From Candidatus Aminicenantes bacterium (GTDB lineage: Bacteria; Acidobacteriota; Aminicenantia; S016-38), in NCBI GenBank assembly GCA_027025175.1, contig JALVRF010000005.1, forward strand, positions 1-53,891: DNA of 53,891 nt. Reading direction: 5' to 3'. A program made the translations under genes and the position numbers. Shown one piece after another: positions 9,200 to 16,757 of the stretch (positions are counted from its first letter, which is position 1; the number at the start of each line of letters is the position of its first letter). The notes beneath the pieces are model-generated. The model made no database searches. It was not told the DNA's origin and worked only from the letters and a program-made list of their open reading frames with translations.

Positions 9200-9227
9200 A
9201 TAATACCATAAGAAGGAAAAAAATCAA
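9200..9227 (-). promoter_or_regulatory. Putative sigma-70 promoter of the rex-mrp-mbx operon
   Basis: Minus strand has TTGATT (9227-9222), a 16-nt spacer, then TATTAT (9205-9200) preceded by TGG (extended -10). Confidence 0.35.
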
Positions 9228-9242
9228 GATTATTTTTAGGTT

Positions 9243-9271
9243 TTGCTCACGCTTCCTTTCCTTATTAAAAT
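9243..9271 (+). promoter_or_regulatory. Putative sigma-70 promoter of the kinase/bEBP pair
   Basis: TTGCTC (9243-9248), a 17-nt spacer, then TAAAAT (9266-9271), about 30 nt upstream of the SD-preceded ATG at 9301. Confidence 0.3.
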
Positions 9272-9300
9272 ATTATATGTTTGCTACAAGGGAGGCTCTG

Positions 9301-10272
9301 ATGATCGAATCCAGTACTTGTGGAATTATACTAAAGATATTGAACTCTCTACCTATAGGTATAGGAATATTTGACAATAACAAGAAACTTATCCTTTCAA
9401 ACGAGGAATTCAAAAAAATCCTGAGAAGCATTGAAAATCAAGAAATATTTTTCAAGGACCCTCCAGCAGTTAACGAACTGTTCATATCCTCTATAAACAA
9501 GATAACAGGTTTCTCCTCCTACAAAACAACCCACGGATGGTTCGTAATAACAAAGGATATAACCAGCAAACAATATATTGAGGAAAGCGAAGACAAGAGA
9601 ATCCTGGAATTATTGGACCATCTTTTCTCCATGGTAAGGCATGAGGTAGGAAATCCTATAAATACCATAAAGTTCTCTTTATCCGTCATGAAAGAAGACA
9701 TAGACAGTTTCTCCAGGGAGAAACTTCTGGAATACATAGATCGTCTCCTTGAAGAAATAGAACAACTTGAAGAAATCCTCCGAGCGATGAAACGGTATAG
9801 CAATTACGGATATGTAGTGGTTAAAAAGGTTAATTTAAACGAGACCCTGAAGAAGGTTCTTCGCATCATGGAAAACGAAATATTGATGAAGGACATAAAG
9901 TTAAAAAGCAATCTCCCCTCTCAGGAAACTATAGTCAAAGCCGATCCTATAGCATTAAATCAGGTATTCACGAATTTATTGAGAAACTCCATAGAGGCCC
10001 TTGAACAATACGATGGCTCTGAAAAACTCATAGAAGTTTTCGTTAAAACCGACGAAGAATTTGCACGAATATATATAAAGGATACGGGACCTGGAATCCC
10101 TGAAGAAATAAAGGACAAGATTTTCTTTCCATTTTTCTCAACCAAAAAGAACGGCTCAGGAATGGGCTTAACCATATCTAAAGGTCTTATAACCGCTATG
10201 GATGGAAAACTGGAGATAAGGAACCATCCCAATGGAGCAATTGCTGAAGTCTCTTTGAAATTATGGAAATGA
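9301..10272 (+). CDS. Soluble sensor histidine kinase (PAS-like N-terminus, HisKA, HATPase_c)
   Basis: The track ORF starts at 9277, but GGGAGG lies 5 nt before the ATG at 9301. H box HEVGNPIN, N box NLLRNSIEAL, G1 DTGPGIP, F FFPFFSTK, G2 GSGMGLTIS. No TM segments. Confidence 0.85.
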   Translation: MIESSTCGIILKILNSLPIGIGIFDNNKKLILSNEEFKKILRSIENQEIFFKDPPAVNELFISSINKITGFSSYKTTHGWFVITKDITSKQYIEESEDKRILELLDHLFSMVRHEVGNPINTIKFSLSVMKEDIDSFSREKLLEYIDRLLEEIEQLEEILRAMKRYSNYGYVVVKKVNLNETLKKVLRIMENEILMKDIKLKSNLPSQETIVKADPIALNQVFTNLLRNSIEALEQYDGSEKLIEVFVKTDEEFARIYIKDTGPGIPEEIKDKIFFPFFSTKKNGSGMGLTISKGLITAMDGKLEIRNHPNGAIAEVSLKLWK

Positions 10273-11630
10273 AGTTATATAACAGGGCGAAAATATTGCT
10301 TATAGAAGACGACAAGAACTTCCTCTTAACTCTGAAGGAGTTCTTAGAAATTAAAGGATTTAAAGTTTCCATATCATCTAAAGCAGGGGATGCCATAAAC
10401 TTATCCAGACACGAACTATACGACATTTTCCTGATAGACCAGAATTTGCCGGACCTTGAAGGAATAGAACTGGCCAAGGAACTACTATCCTTTCAACCGG
10501 AGGCTGCCATATTAATAATAACCGCCTATCCCGATGTAAAGAAGGCAGTAAGGGCGATGAAATTAGGAGTGATAAATTACCTGATAAAACCCTTTGCACC
10601 TGAAGAACTTCTTGATGAAATCCTGAAAACTCTTGAACTCAAAGAATACAAAAGATTAAGGGAACTACGCAATTTCTCGCTGAGAAGAGAAAGAGAAAAT
10701 ATATCCATTATAGGCGATTCCACAGGAGCCCGTGATATTCGGGAATTCATTGAAATTGCGGCAAATTCTCCTAACACCCCTGTCCTATTAACCGGAGAGA
10801 CCGGAACAGGAAAGTCCTTAGTAGCAAGGGCAATCCATTACAACAGCCTTATCAGGGAGAAACCATTTTTAGTGGTAAATTGTGCTGCAATTCCAGAATC
10901 CCTTCTTGAAGCGGAACTCTTTGGCTTTGAGAAAGGGGCATTCACCGGGGCAGAAAAAAACCGAAAGGGGGTATTTGAACTGGCCAATGGGGGAACTTTG
11001 TTTCTGGACGAGATCGGAGACATGCCTCTTCCCATGCAAGCAAAAATCCTCCATGTGCTGGATTCTGGAAGGATAAGGAGAATAGGCGGAGAAAAGGAAA
11101 TAAAGGTAAAAGTAAGAATCATCGCTGCCACCAACAAGAACATAGAAGAACTGGTCAACAGGGGAGAATTCAGAGGGGATCTTTACTATCGCCTGGCAGT
11201 ATTGAGATTTGAGCTCCCCCCTCTCAGGAAGCGAAGAGAGGACATAATCCCCATTGCAGAACACTTTCTGGAACAATTGTCCATGGGAAATCATTATGAA
11301 TTATCTCCCGAAGACAAAAAGGCCCTGGTCAACTACGATTTTCCGGGCAATGTGAGGGAATTGAGAAACATAATAGAAAGAGCCGTAATTCTATCCCGCA
11401 GAAAGGGATACCTCAGCATAAAGGAACTTATAAATAGGTCCCCACTCCGGGAAAACAATAGCGAAAATAAATCTGGTGTCCCCGAAAAACTTCCCAAGAT
11501 TGAGGAAATCATAAAAGAACATGTTCAAAGGGCCCTGAAGATTACCCAGGGAAATAAAACCGAAGCGGCTAAACTATTGGGTATCTCCCTCTCCACATTA
11601 AAGAGATGGCTGAAAAAATGGTCAAATTGA
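10263..11630 (+). CDS. Sigma-54-dependent response regulator (REC + AAA+ + Fis-type HTH; NtrC family)
   Basis: 455 aa. REC domain ILLIEDDKNF...LIDQNLPD, Walker A GETGTGKS, GAFTGA loop, Walker B LFLDEIG, and C-terminal HTH EAAKLLGISLSTLKRWL. 10-nt overlap with the kinase gene. Confidence 0.9.
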   Translation: MEMKLYNRAKILLIEDDKNFLLTLKEFLEIKGFKVSISSKAGDAINLSRHELYDIFLIDQNLPDLEGIELAKELLSFQPEAAILIITAYPDVKKAVRAMKLGVINYLIKPFAPEELLDEILKTLELKEYKRLRELRNFSLRRERENISIIGDSTGARDIREFIEIAANSPNTPVLLTGETGTGKSLVARAIHYNSLIREKPFLVVNCAAIPESLLEAELFGFEKGAFTGAEKNRKGVFELANGGTLFLDEIGDMPLPMQAKILHVLDSGRIRRIGGEKEIKVKVRIIAATNKNIEELVNRGEFRGDLYYRLAVLRFELPPLRKRREDIIPIAEHFLEQLSMGNHYELSPEDKKALVNYDFPGNVRELRNIIERAVILSRRKGYLSIKELINRSPLRENNSENKSGVPEKLPKIEEIIKEHVQRALKITQGNKTEAAKLLGISLSTLKRWLKKWSN

Positions 11631-11666
11631 ACCAAAAAAGATATAATTGAGCGGTTCAATTTGACC
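11620..11666. promoter_or_regulatory. Perfect 14-bp inverted repeat GGTCAAATTGAACC-N19-GGTTCAATTTGACC (candidate bEBP upstream activating sites)
   Basis: Read directly from the sequence. Arms are at 11620-11633 and 11653-11666. The left arm overlaps the bEBP stop codon. The repeat centre lies about 64 nt upstream of the -24 GG. Confidence 0.5.
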
Positions 11667-11705
11667 TCCTGGTTATTTATCTCCGCTTTTTAGAATGCTC
11701 CAGGT

Positions 11706-11720
11706 TGGCATATTTTTTGC
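11706..11720 (+). promoter_or_regulatory. Sigma-54 promoter (TGGCAT-N5-TTGC)
   Basis: TGGCATATTTTTTGC, with GG at 11707-8 and GC at 11719-20 (canonical 12-nt register). Located directly upstream of the 11733 gene and next to a bEBP gene. Confidence 0.7.
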
Positions 11721-11732
11721 TTTTATCATAAA

Positions 11733-12797
11733 ATGATGAGAAGAATACTGATAGTGGATGATGATAAAAACTTTCTGGTCAGTCTGAAGGACGCCCTGGA
11801 GAAATACGAGGGTTTTGAAATTTTAACAGCGAGTACCGGATCAGAAGCCGAAAAAATGCTTCGGGAAGAGCCGTCTGTGGATTTAATCATATCGGACTTA
11901 AAAATGGGAGAAATAGATGGCCTTCAGTTATTAACCTATGTTTCAAGAGAATTCCCTTCCCTGCCTTTCATTCTCATGACAGCATATGGCTCTCCTGCCA
12001 TAAAAAAGAAAGTTCAGGAATTGGGTGCAGGATATCTTGAGAAACCTCTGACCCTAAAAACTCTGATAAATGCTATAGACACCGTTCTTGAAAAAGAAGA
12101 ACCCACAGAGGGCATAATAAAGAATTTTTCAGCCATATCCCTTGCTCAACTTATCCGTCTTGAGGGAAAATCCTGCGATGTACTGATAATTTCGGAGAGA
12201 GGAGAGGAAGGCATCCTGGGATTTTTGTCCGGGGACTTAATATATGCCAGAACCGAAAATCTGGAAGGGGATGAAGCGGCCAAGGAGATTTTCAAATGGA
12301 AAGGGACAAGATTATTTATAAAAGCATACCAAAAGCACCCCCAAAATGTTCAAAGATCCCTTGAAAGTCTGATTCTTGATGCCGCGAGGGAGAAAGATGA
12401 GGAAAAAAACTCAAAATTAAATTATGAAGAAAAAAACAAAAAGGAGGGAAAAATGCCTTTACCTTATGAAGAAATCATGGAAAACTTTAAGGAAATCCCT
12501 GGCTACATTGGAGCAGCAATTTTTAACGTCAATGGAGAACAGTTGGCATTTCACTCACTAAAAGACGACGAAAAACTAAAAAAATATTTCCTTCAGATGA
12601 CCAGCCTATTCGTAGCAGGCGACAAAGCGGCGGAAAAGACAGGAGCCGGAGGAATGGATTTTATTCAGACCGACTCAGACCTGGGGAAATTCCTGGCAAG
12701 ACGTGGAGAAAAATTCATCGCCATGCTCATGCTGGAAGAAAACGGTAACATAGCCTTAGCGAAAGAGGCTCTGGAAGAGGCAGCAGAGAAAATTTAA
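11733..12797 (+). CDS. Response-regulator receiver fused to a PATAN/DUF4388-like and a Roadblock/LC7 (MglB-like) domain
   Basis: 354 aa. REC domain RILIVDDDKNF...IISDLKMGEIDG...MTAYG...EKP. Middle region FSAISLAQLIRLEGKSCDVLIIS...GDLIYA...GDEAAKEIFKWKGTRLFI. After a K/E-rich linker, IPGYIGAAIFNVNGEQLAF...FIAMLMLEENGNIALAK. Domain calls are by eye only. Confidence 0.7.
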   Translation: MMRRILIVDDDKNFLVSLKDALEKYEGFEILTASTGSEAEKMLREEPSVDLIISDLKMGEIDGLQLLTYVSREFPSLPFILMTAYGSPAIKKKVQELGAGYLEKPLTLKTLINAIDTVLEKEEPTEGIIKNFSAISLAQLIRLEGKSCDVLIISERGEEGILGFLSGDLIYARTENLEGDEAAKEIFKWKGTRLFIKAYQKHPQNVQRSLESLILDAAREKDEEKNSKLNYEEKNKKEGKMPLPYEEIMENFKEIPGYIGAAIFNVNGEQLAFHSLKDDEKLKKYFLQMTSLFVAGDKAAEKTGAGGMDFIQTDSDLGKFLARRGEKFIAMLMLEENGNIALAKEALEEAAEKI

Positions 12798-12822
12798 CTC
12801 TACCAGGTATACCGGAATTTCT

Positions 12823-12855
12823 AAAGGGGGGAACCACAGGAAAGTTCCCCCCTTT
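12823..12855 (+). terminator. Stem-loop (12-bp perfect stem AAAGGGGGGAAC / GTTCCCCCCTTT, 9-nt loop), possible terminator
   Basis: Seen directly, 26 nt after the stop of the 11733-12797 gene. There is no separate U-tract beyond the TTT that is part of the stem. Confidence 0.45.
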
Positions 12856-12919
12856 GACATATCATTTATACTTATTATTATTTTTAATCTAATACAACTA
12901 CAATCATAAGGGGTATGAT

Positions 12920-13489
12920 ATGTCATTAAGAATTAAGTTCTCGGATTTACTTACTTTTCTTTCCTTCAAGTCTTCATCCAATAACCTTATCCGCGTAGTT
13001 TTCTCCTTTGATTCTCAATATGGGGAGATGTCGTTCAAAGATGGGGAAATATGGGAAATAATATTCTCTGATATGGAAATGGAGGAGGCTATAAATTTTC
13101 TGCACAACAGAAAAATAGAAGTCAGGGAAATAAGGGAACTCCTCCATAATGACACCATAAAAATACTGTCCGATCTTATCTCGGGGTTTGCAACAGAGTA
13201 CTTAATCTATCATGCTCATAAGGGGGAATTAACATGGGAGGTATCATCCGAGGAGTTAAAGGATCTTTACATAAAATCAAAACAGAAAATACTGGAAAAT
13301 CTGAAAAATAAAGCGGACATGGTCTGGCTTGAAAAAGACAAAACCTCAGGGATTTACGCCCTAAAACTAAAGGATGAGCTCGTGGTCTTTGCTTTCTTTA
13401 ATGCAGCCACCAGAAGGGAATTCTTCAATACCACTTCCCCTTTTCTTCGGGAACTATCAAAGATTACATTAGAATGCTCCGTTGAGTAG
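12920..13489 (+). CDS. Hypothetical protein, possibly PATAN/DUF4388-like N-terminus
   Basis: 189 aa with AAGGGG before the ATG. FSDLLTFLSFKSSSNNLIRVVF...GEMSFKDGEIWEIIF...EEAINFL loosely parallels the middle domain of the preceding protein. Confidence 0.5.
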   Translation: MSLRIKFSDLLTFLSFKSSSNNLIRVVFSFDSQYGEMSFKDGEIWEIIFSDMEMEEAINFLHNRKIEVREIRELLHNDTIKILSDLISGFATEYLIYHAHKGELTWEVSSEELKDLYIKSKQKILENLKNKADMVWLEKDKTSGIYALKLKDELVVFAFFNAATRREFFNTTSPFLRELSKITLECSVE

Positions 13490-14336
13490 AAGACAGACCA
13501 GTTATTTATTGCTTCTTGGTTCTGCCATCTGGGGCTTTGCCTTCGTAGCCCAGAAGGAGGCGATGAAATACATGGGCCCCTTCACCTTTAACGGCGTGAG
13601 GTTCGCCTTAGGGGCTATCGCCCTTATACCCTTTTTGGGCATAGAAGGAGGACGCAGGTTTCCCTGGAGGGGCGTAATTTATCCCGGAGCTCTGGCAGGT
13701 CTTTTCATATTCCTTGGTGTTTCCTTCCAGCAGGTTGGCCTGCTTTATACTTCTGCGGGAAAGGCTGGGTTTATCACAGGACTCTATGTAATTCTGGTTC
13801 CCATTCTGGGTATATTCATAGGTAAGAAAACATCCCTTCCGGTATGGGCAGGGGCTGCCCTGGCCAGCATTGGCATGTATTTCCTGAGCATACAGGGAAA
13901 GATAAGTATAAACAGGGGAGACCTCCTGGTCCTCGCCGGAGCCCTTTTCTGGGCCATTCAAATTCACATAATAGGGAAATTCTCCCCTAAACTCCCGCCT
14001 ATAAAACTGGCCATGGTGGAATTCTGGACGGTTTCTCTCCTCAGCCTCGGACTCGCCTTCCTTACGGAGGAAATTTCGGTTCCGGCCATCGTTAAAGGAT
14101 GGCTTCCCATACTGTATGCCGGTGTTTTTTCCGCTGGAATTGCCTATACAATCCAGGTGGTAGCCCAGAGAAAAGCCCCGCCTTCCCCTGCGGCGGTAAT
14201 AATGAGTCTGGAGTCGGTTTTTGCTGTAATTGGAGGATGGATTTTCCTTGGAGAAGTCCTATCATCCAAGGAAATCCTGGGATGCCTTTTAATGTTCGCC
14301 GGGATGGTGCTGGCCCAGGTAGACTTAAAGGGTTAA
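13482..14336 (+). CDS. EamA/DMT-family transporter
   Basis: 284 aa with about 10 hydrophobic segments. LLGSAIWGFAFVAQK is an EamA-type N-terminus. The start is a TTG, so it is uncertain. Confidence 0.75.
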   Translation: MSRRQTSYLLLLGSAIWGFAFVAQKEAMKYMGPFTFNGVRFALGAIALIPFLGIEGGRRFPWRGVIYPGALAGLFIFLGVSFQQVGLLYTSAGKAGFITGLYVILVPILGIFIGKKTSLPVWAGAALASIGMYFLSIQGKISINRGDLLVLAGALFWAIQIHIIGKFSPKLPPIKLAMVEFWTVSLLSLGLAFLTEEISVPAIVKGWLPILYAGVFSAGIAYTIQVVAQRKAPPSPAAVIMSLESVFAVIGGWIFLGEVLSSKEILGCLLMFAGMVLAQVDLKG

Positions 14337-14677
14337 CAGGTAAGGTGGAAGGCTCCGCAAACCTTTTTGCCTTCTTCCACCAGGTGGTTAAAAATATCCG
14401 CTGACCTTGATGTCTTATCCGCTATAAGGTGAATACCCAGTTCCCTCAGTTTTTCTTCCACTTCCCTTTGCACCTTCATGAAACCATAAGCACCGGTTCC
14501 CACCACCAGAACCTCCGGCCTATAGGAAACTATGTCCTGGATGTCCTCAAGGTAAAGTTTGTGCCCTTCCTTCCTCCACCAGTTTTCCACTATGCGCTCA
14601 GGGAATATTTTGAGGTCCTTGGTAAACTCCTTTCCGTCCACAATCATAACCCCAAATTTATACCTGTCTATTTTCAT
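14333..14677 (-). CDS. Mth938-like (DUF498) domain protein
   Basis: 114 aa. FG.MIVDGKEFTKDLKIFP...W, PEVLVVGTGAYG and a C-terminal AFHLTC match the Mth938 family pattern. Confidence 0.65.
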   Translation of the reverse strand: MKIDRYKFGVMIVDGKEFTKDLKIFPERIVENWWRKEGHKLYLEDIQDIVSYRPEVLVVGTGAYGFMKVQREVEEKLRELGIHLIADKTSRSADIFNHLVEEGKKVCGAFHLTC

Positions 14678-16722
14678 TCCATTTTCTTCAAAATATCCTT
14701 CACTGAAGGCTGGTTGGGGTTTATTTTAAGGGAGGCTTCAAGAGCCTTCCTTGCCTCTCTCTTTTTCCCCAGTTTCAGGTAGCAAATACCCAGGGAATTC
14801 AAAACCCTGATATCGCTATCGTAAATCAAAAGGGAGCGTTTATAATATGATATGGCGGTTTTGCAATCCCCCTGAAGTTCATAGGCTTTTCCTTTGTAAA
14901 ATAGAATCTCCGGCTCACCCCTTTCTTCAAACCCCGAAAGAACCCTCAGGGCCTCCCGAGGCTTTTTTTCCACCAGATAAGCCTTAGCAAGGGATACCGC
15001 AGCCTCCTTGAAATTAGGTTTTTCCTTCAAAGCCTTTTCTAGGTATCCAATGGACTTCCCGTATTCACCGGCATTTTGATACTGGAGGGCCAGGGCATAA
15101 TAAACTATAAACTTCCTCTCAAGGGGTAGGTTTTTCGTGATTACCGAGGGCCTGGGAAGAGCGGAGATTGGACTGACCATAAAATCCGCAGGAGGGGATT
15201 TCTTTTTACCGATTCTGGCAAAGAGCACATATTCGTCGGATGGAAGTTTTTCCTTTATGCTCCCGGAATAAACGAAATCTTTTTTATATGGAAGGGAGGA
15301 GAGTTTCACTGAAGAGAGGACCCTTTCCTCCTCTTCGGTCTGCAGGACCAGTTCCAGTTTCTCCGTGTTCCAAACTTCCCTGGGAATGGACCATATTTCC
15401 ACTGCATAGATAATCTCGTCCTTTGGAGTGAAGGCCTTTTTAGCATCCATGTAATAATAGACATTGGCCAGGGTAAAAGGTTTCAGGGCATAGAGGGGAA
15501 AACTGGAGGTTCTGTATGCCAGAATGGGCTTTCCTATATTGAACTCCTGGGAGGAAGGCACGGTGATTTTTTTGTCCCAGTAGGAAAATTCCTTGGAAAC
15601 GGTGTTTTTCATGAGAATTACCACCTCATGGCTACCCTCTATAATAGGGACCTCACCCTGAAGAGCAAGTCCACCGCTTTTTATGGCGGAGAGTTCTGAA
15701 CTTTTAACCTCCATGGTGTAAGTTTCCTTGAACTGGGCAAGAACCTTATCCTCGGACTTCTTCAATATGACATCAACCTCAAAGGCAGTCAGGTATTTTC
15801 CCCCTCCTTCTTTCTGGAAGGTTACCGAGGAGGGCTGAACGGAATAGTGGAGAAAATTTATCCCCAGGTTTATATCCTTTAAAATATAGGTCAGAAAGTC
15901 AGCCTTGATGTAATTCAGGCTGTAGTCCACATCAACTATTCCCTTGTATTTCAGGAAATCCTCTGCATAGGAAGTATCAAATTCCTTCTCCGGCAGGGAA
16001 AGGACATTGGCTATTATGGATGCAGCCCGGGGAGAAGGCTGGTAATTATAAGGTATGGTTCCCGGTATAAGTGAGAGGGCAACATCGGCAATGGCCGGGG
16101 CGTGTTGCTTGAGATATTCGTAAAGTTGTTCGTAATCGGTGGGGTTGAGGTCCATGGTATTGGTGGTTTTGAGCAGAAGGGCATAGGGACCGTCGGCAAG
16201 AGGATCGTAGAGTTTAAATTCCCCTATCCCATTTCTCTTGAAGAAAATTATGGCGAAATGGGGGGGGAGTCCGGGTTTTCCCTGTCCGTAGTAATACCAC
16301 ACCTCTATGGGAACCAATATCTGGCTCATGTAATACCTTTCAATGCTGACGGGCTTTCCAAGAAGTATGTAAATCCTGCCCCTGTCGGTCTTCCAGCCTG
16401 GCTTGGGAGAATCTATCCCTAAATATTTATTGGCATAATTAAACCTTTTTACCAGTTCCTCCTTAAACTCGTTTTGAGGGGTGGCGGGATTGGGGTCTCT
16501 GACCTTCCAGAAAGCCTTGATAAACAGGTCCCTTTCCCGGTTGTTCTTCAGTTTCAGGAAAACTTCCTTTTCCTTGGGGGTTATAACCCACCATACGAGT
16601 TCCAGCCATTTCTGATACTTCAGAGGAAGTTCCTTGATTATCCTCTCCTCCTTGGAGGGAAAGAGGAAAAAGGTGAGCAGGAAGATAAGAAGCAGTTTCT
16701 TTGCTAATCCTGTTTTTCTCAT
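14674..16722 (-). CDS. GWxTD-domain protein with C-terminal TPR repeats (secreted)
   Basis: 682 aa with a signal-like N-terminus. PKPGWKTDRGRIYILLGKP is the GWxTD motif. The C-terminal ~130 aa show TPR-like A/Y/L periodicity (YALALQYQNAGEYGKSIGYLEKALKEKPN...). Confidence 0.8.
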   Translation of the reverse strand: MRKTGLAKKLLLIFLLTFFLFPSKEERIIKELPLKYQKWLELVWWVITPKEKEVFLKLKNNRERDLFIKAFWKVRDPNPATPQNEFKEELVKRFNYANKYLGIDSPKPGWKTDRGRIYILLGKPVSIERYYMSQILVPIEVWYYYGQGKPGLPPHFAIIFFKRNGIGEFKLYDPLADGPYALLLKTTNTMDLNPTDYEQLYEYLKQHAPAIADVALSLIPGTIPYNYQPSPRAASIIANVLSLPEKEFDTSYAEDFLKYKGIVDVDYSLNYIKADFLTYILKDINLGINFLHYSVQPSSVTFQKEGGGKYLTAFEVDVILKKSEDKVLAQFKETYTMEVKSSELSAIKSGGLALQGEVPIIEGSHEVVILMKNTVSKEFSYWDKKITVPSSQEFNIGKPILAYRTSSFPLYALKPFTLANVYYYMDAKKAFTPKDEIIYAVEIWSIPREVWNTEKLELVLQTEEEERVLSSVKLSSLPYKKDFVYSGSIKEKLPSDEYVLFARIGKKKSPPADFMVSPISALPRPSVITKNLPLERKFIVYYALALQYQNAGEYGKSIGYLEKALKEKPNFKEAAVSLAKAYLVEKKPREALRVLSGFEERGEPEILFYKGKAYELQGDCKTAISYYKRSLLIYDSDIRVLNSLGICYLKLGKKREARKALEASLKINPNQPSVKDILKKME

Positions 16723-16728
16723 GATAAT

Positions 16729-16737
16729 ATTTTATCA
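16729..16737 (-). promoter_or_regulatory. Extended -10 element TGATAAAAT, 6 nt upstream of the GWxTD ATG (leaderless-type)
   Basis: The minus strand reads CTGATAAAATATTATC-ATG. No SD is present. Confidence 0.35.
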
Positions 16738-16757
16738 GAAAAACAAGGAGGCGAAGC

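Noticed and set aside
9199-9204. Plus-strand TATAAT in the rex/kinase divergent region
   Set aside because: There is no acceptable -35 at 16-18 nt (AGTTCT). The same bases read TATTAT with TGG and a TTGATT -35 on the minus strand, which fits the rex promoter better.
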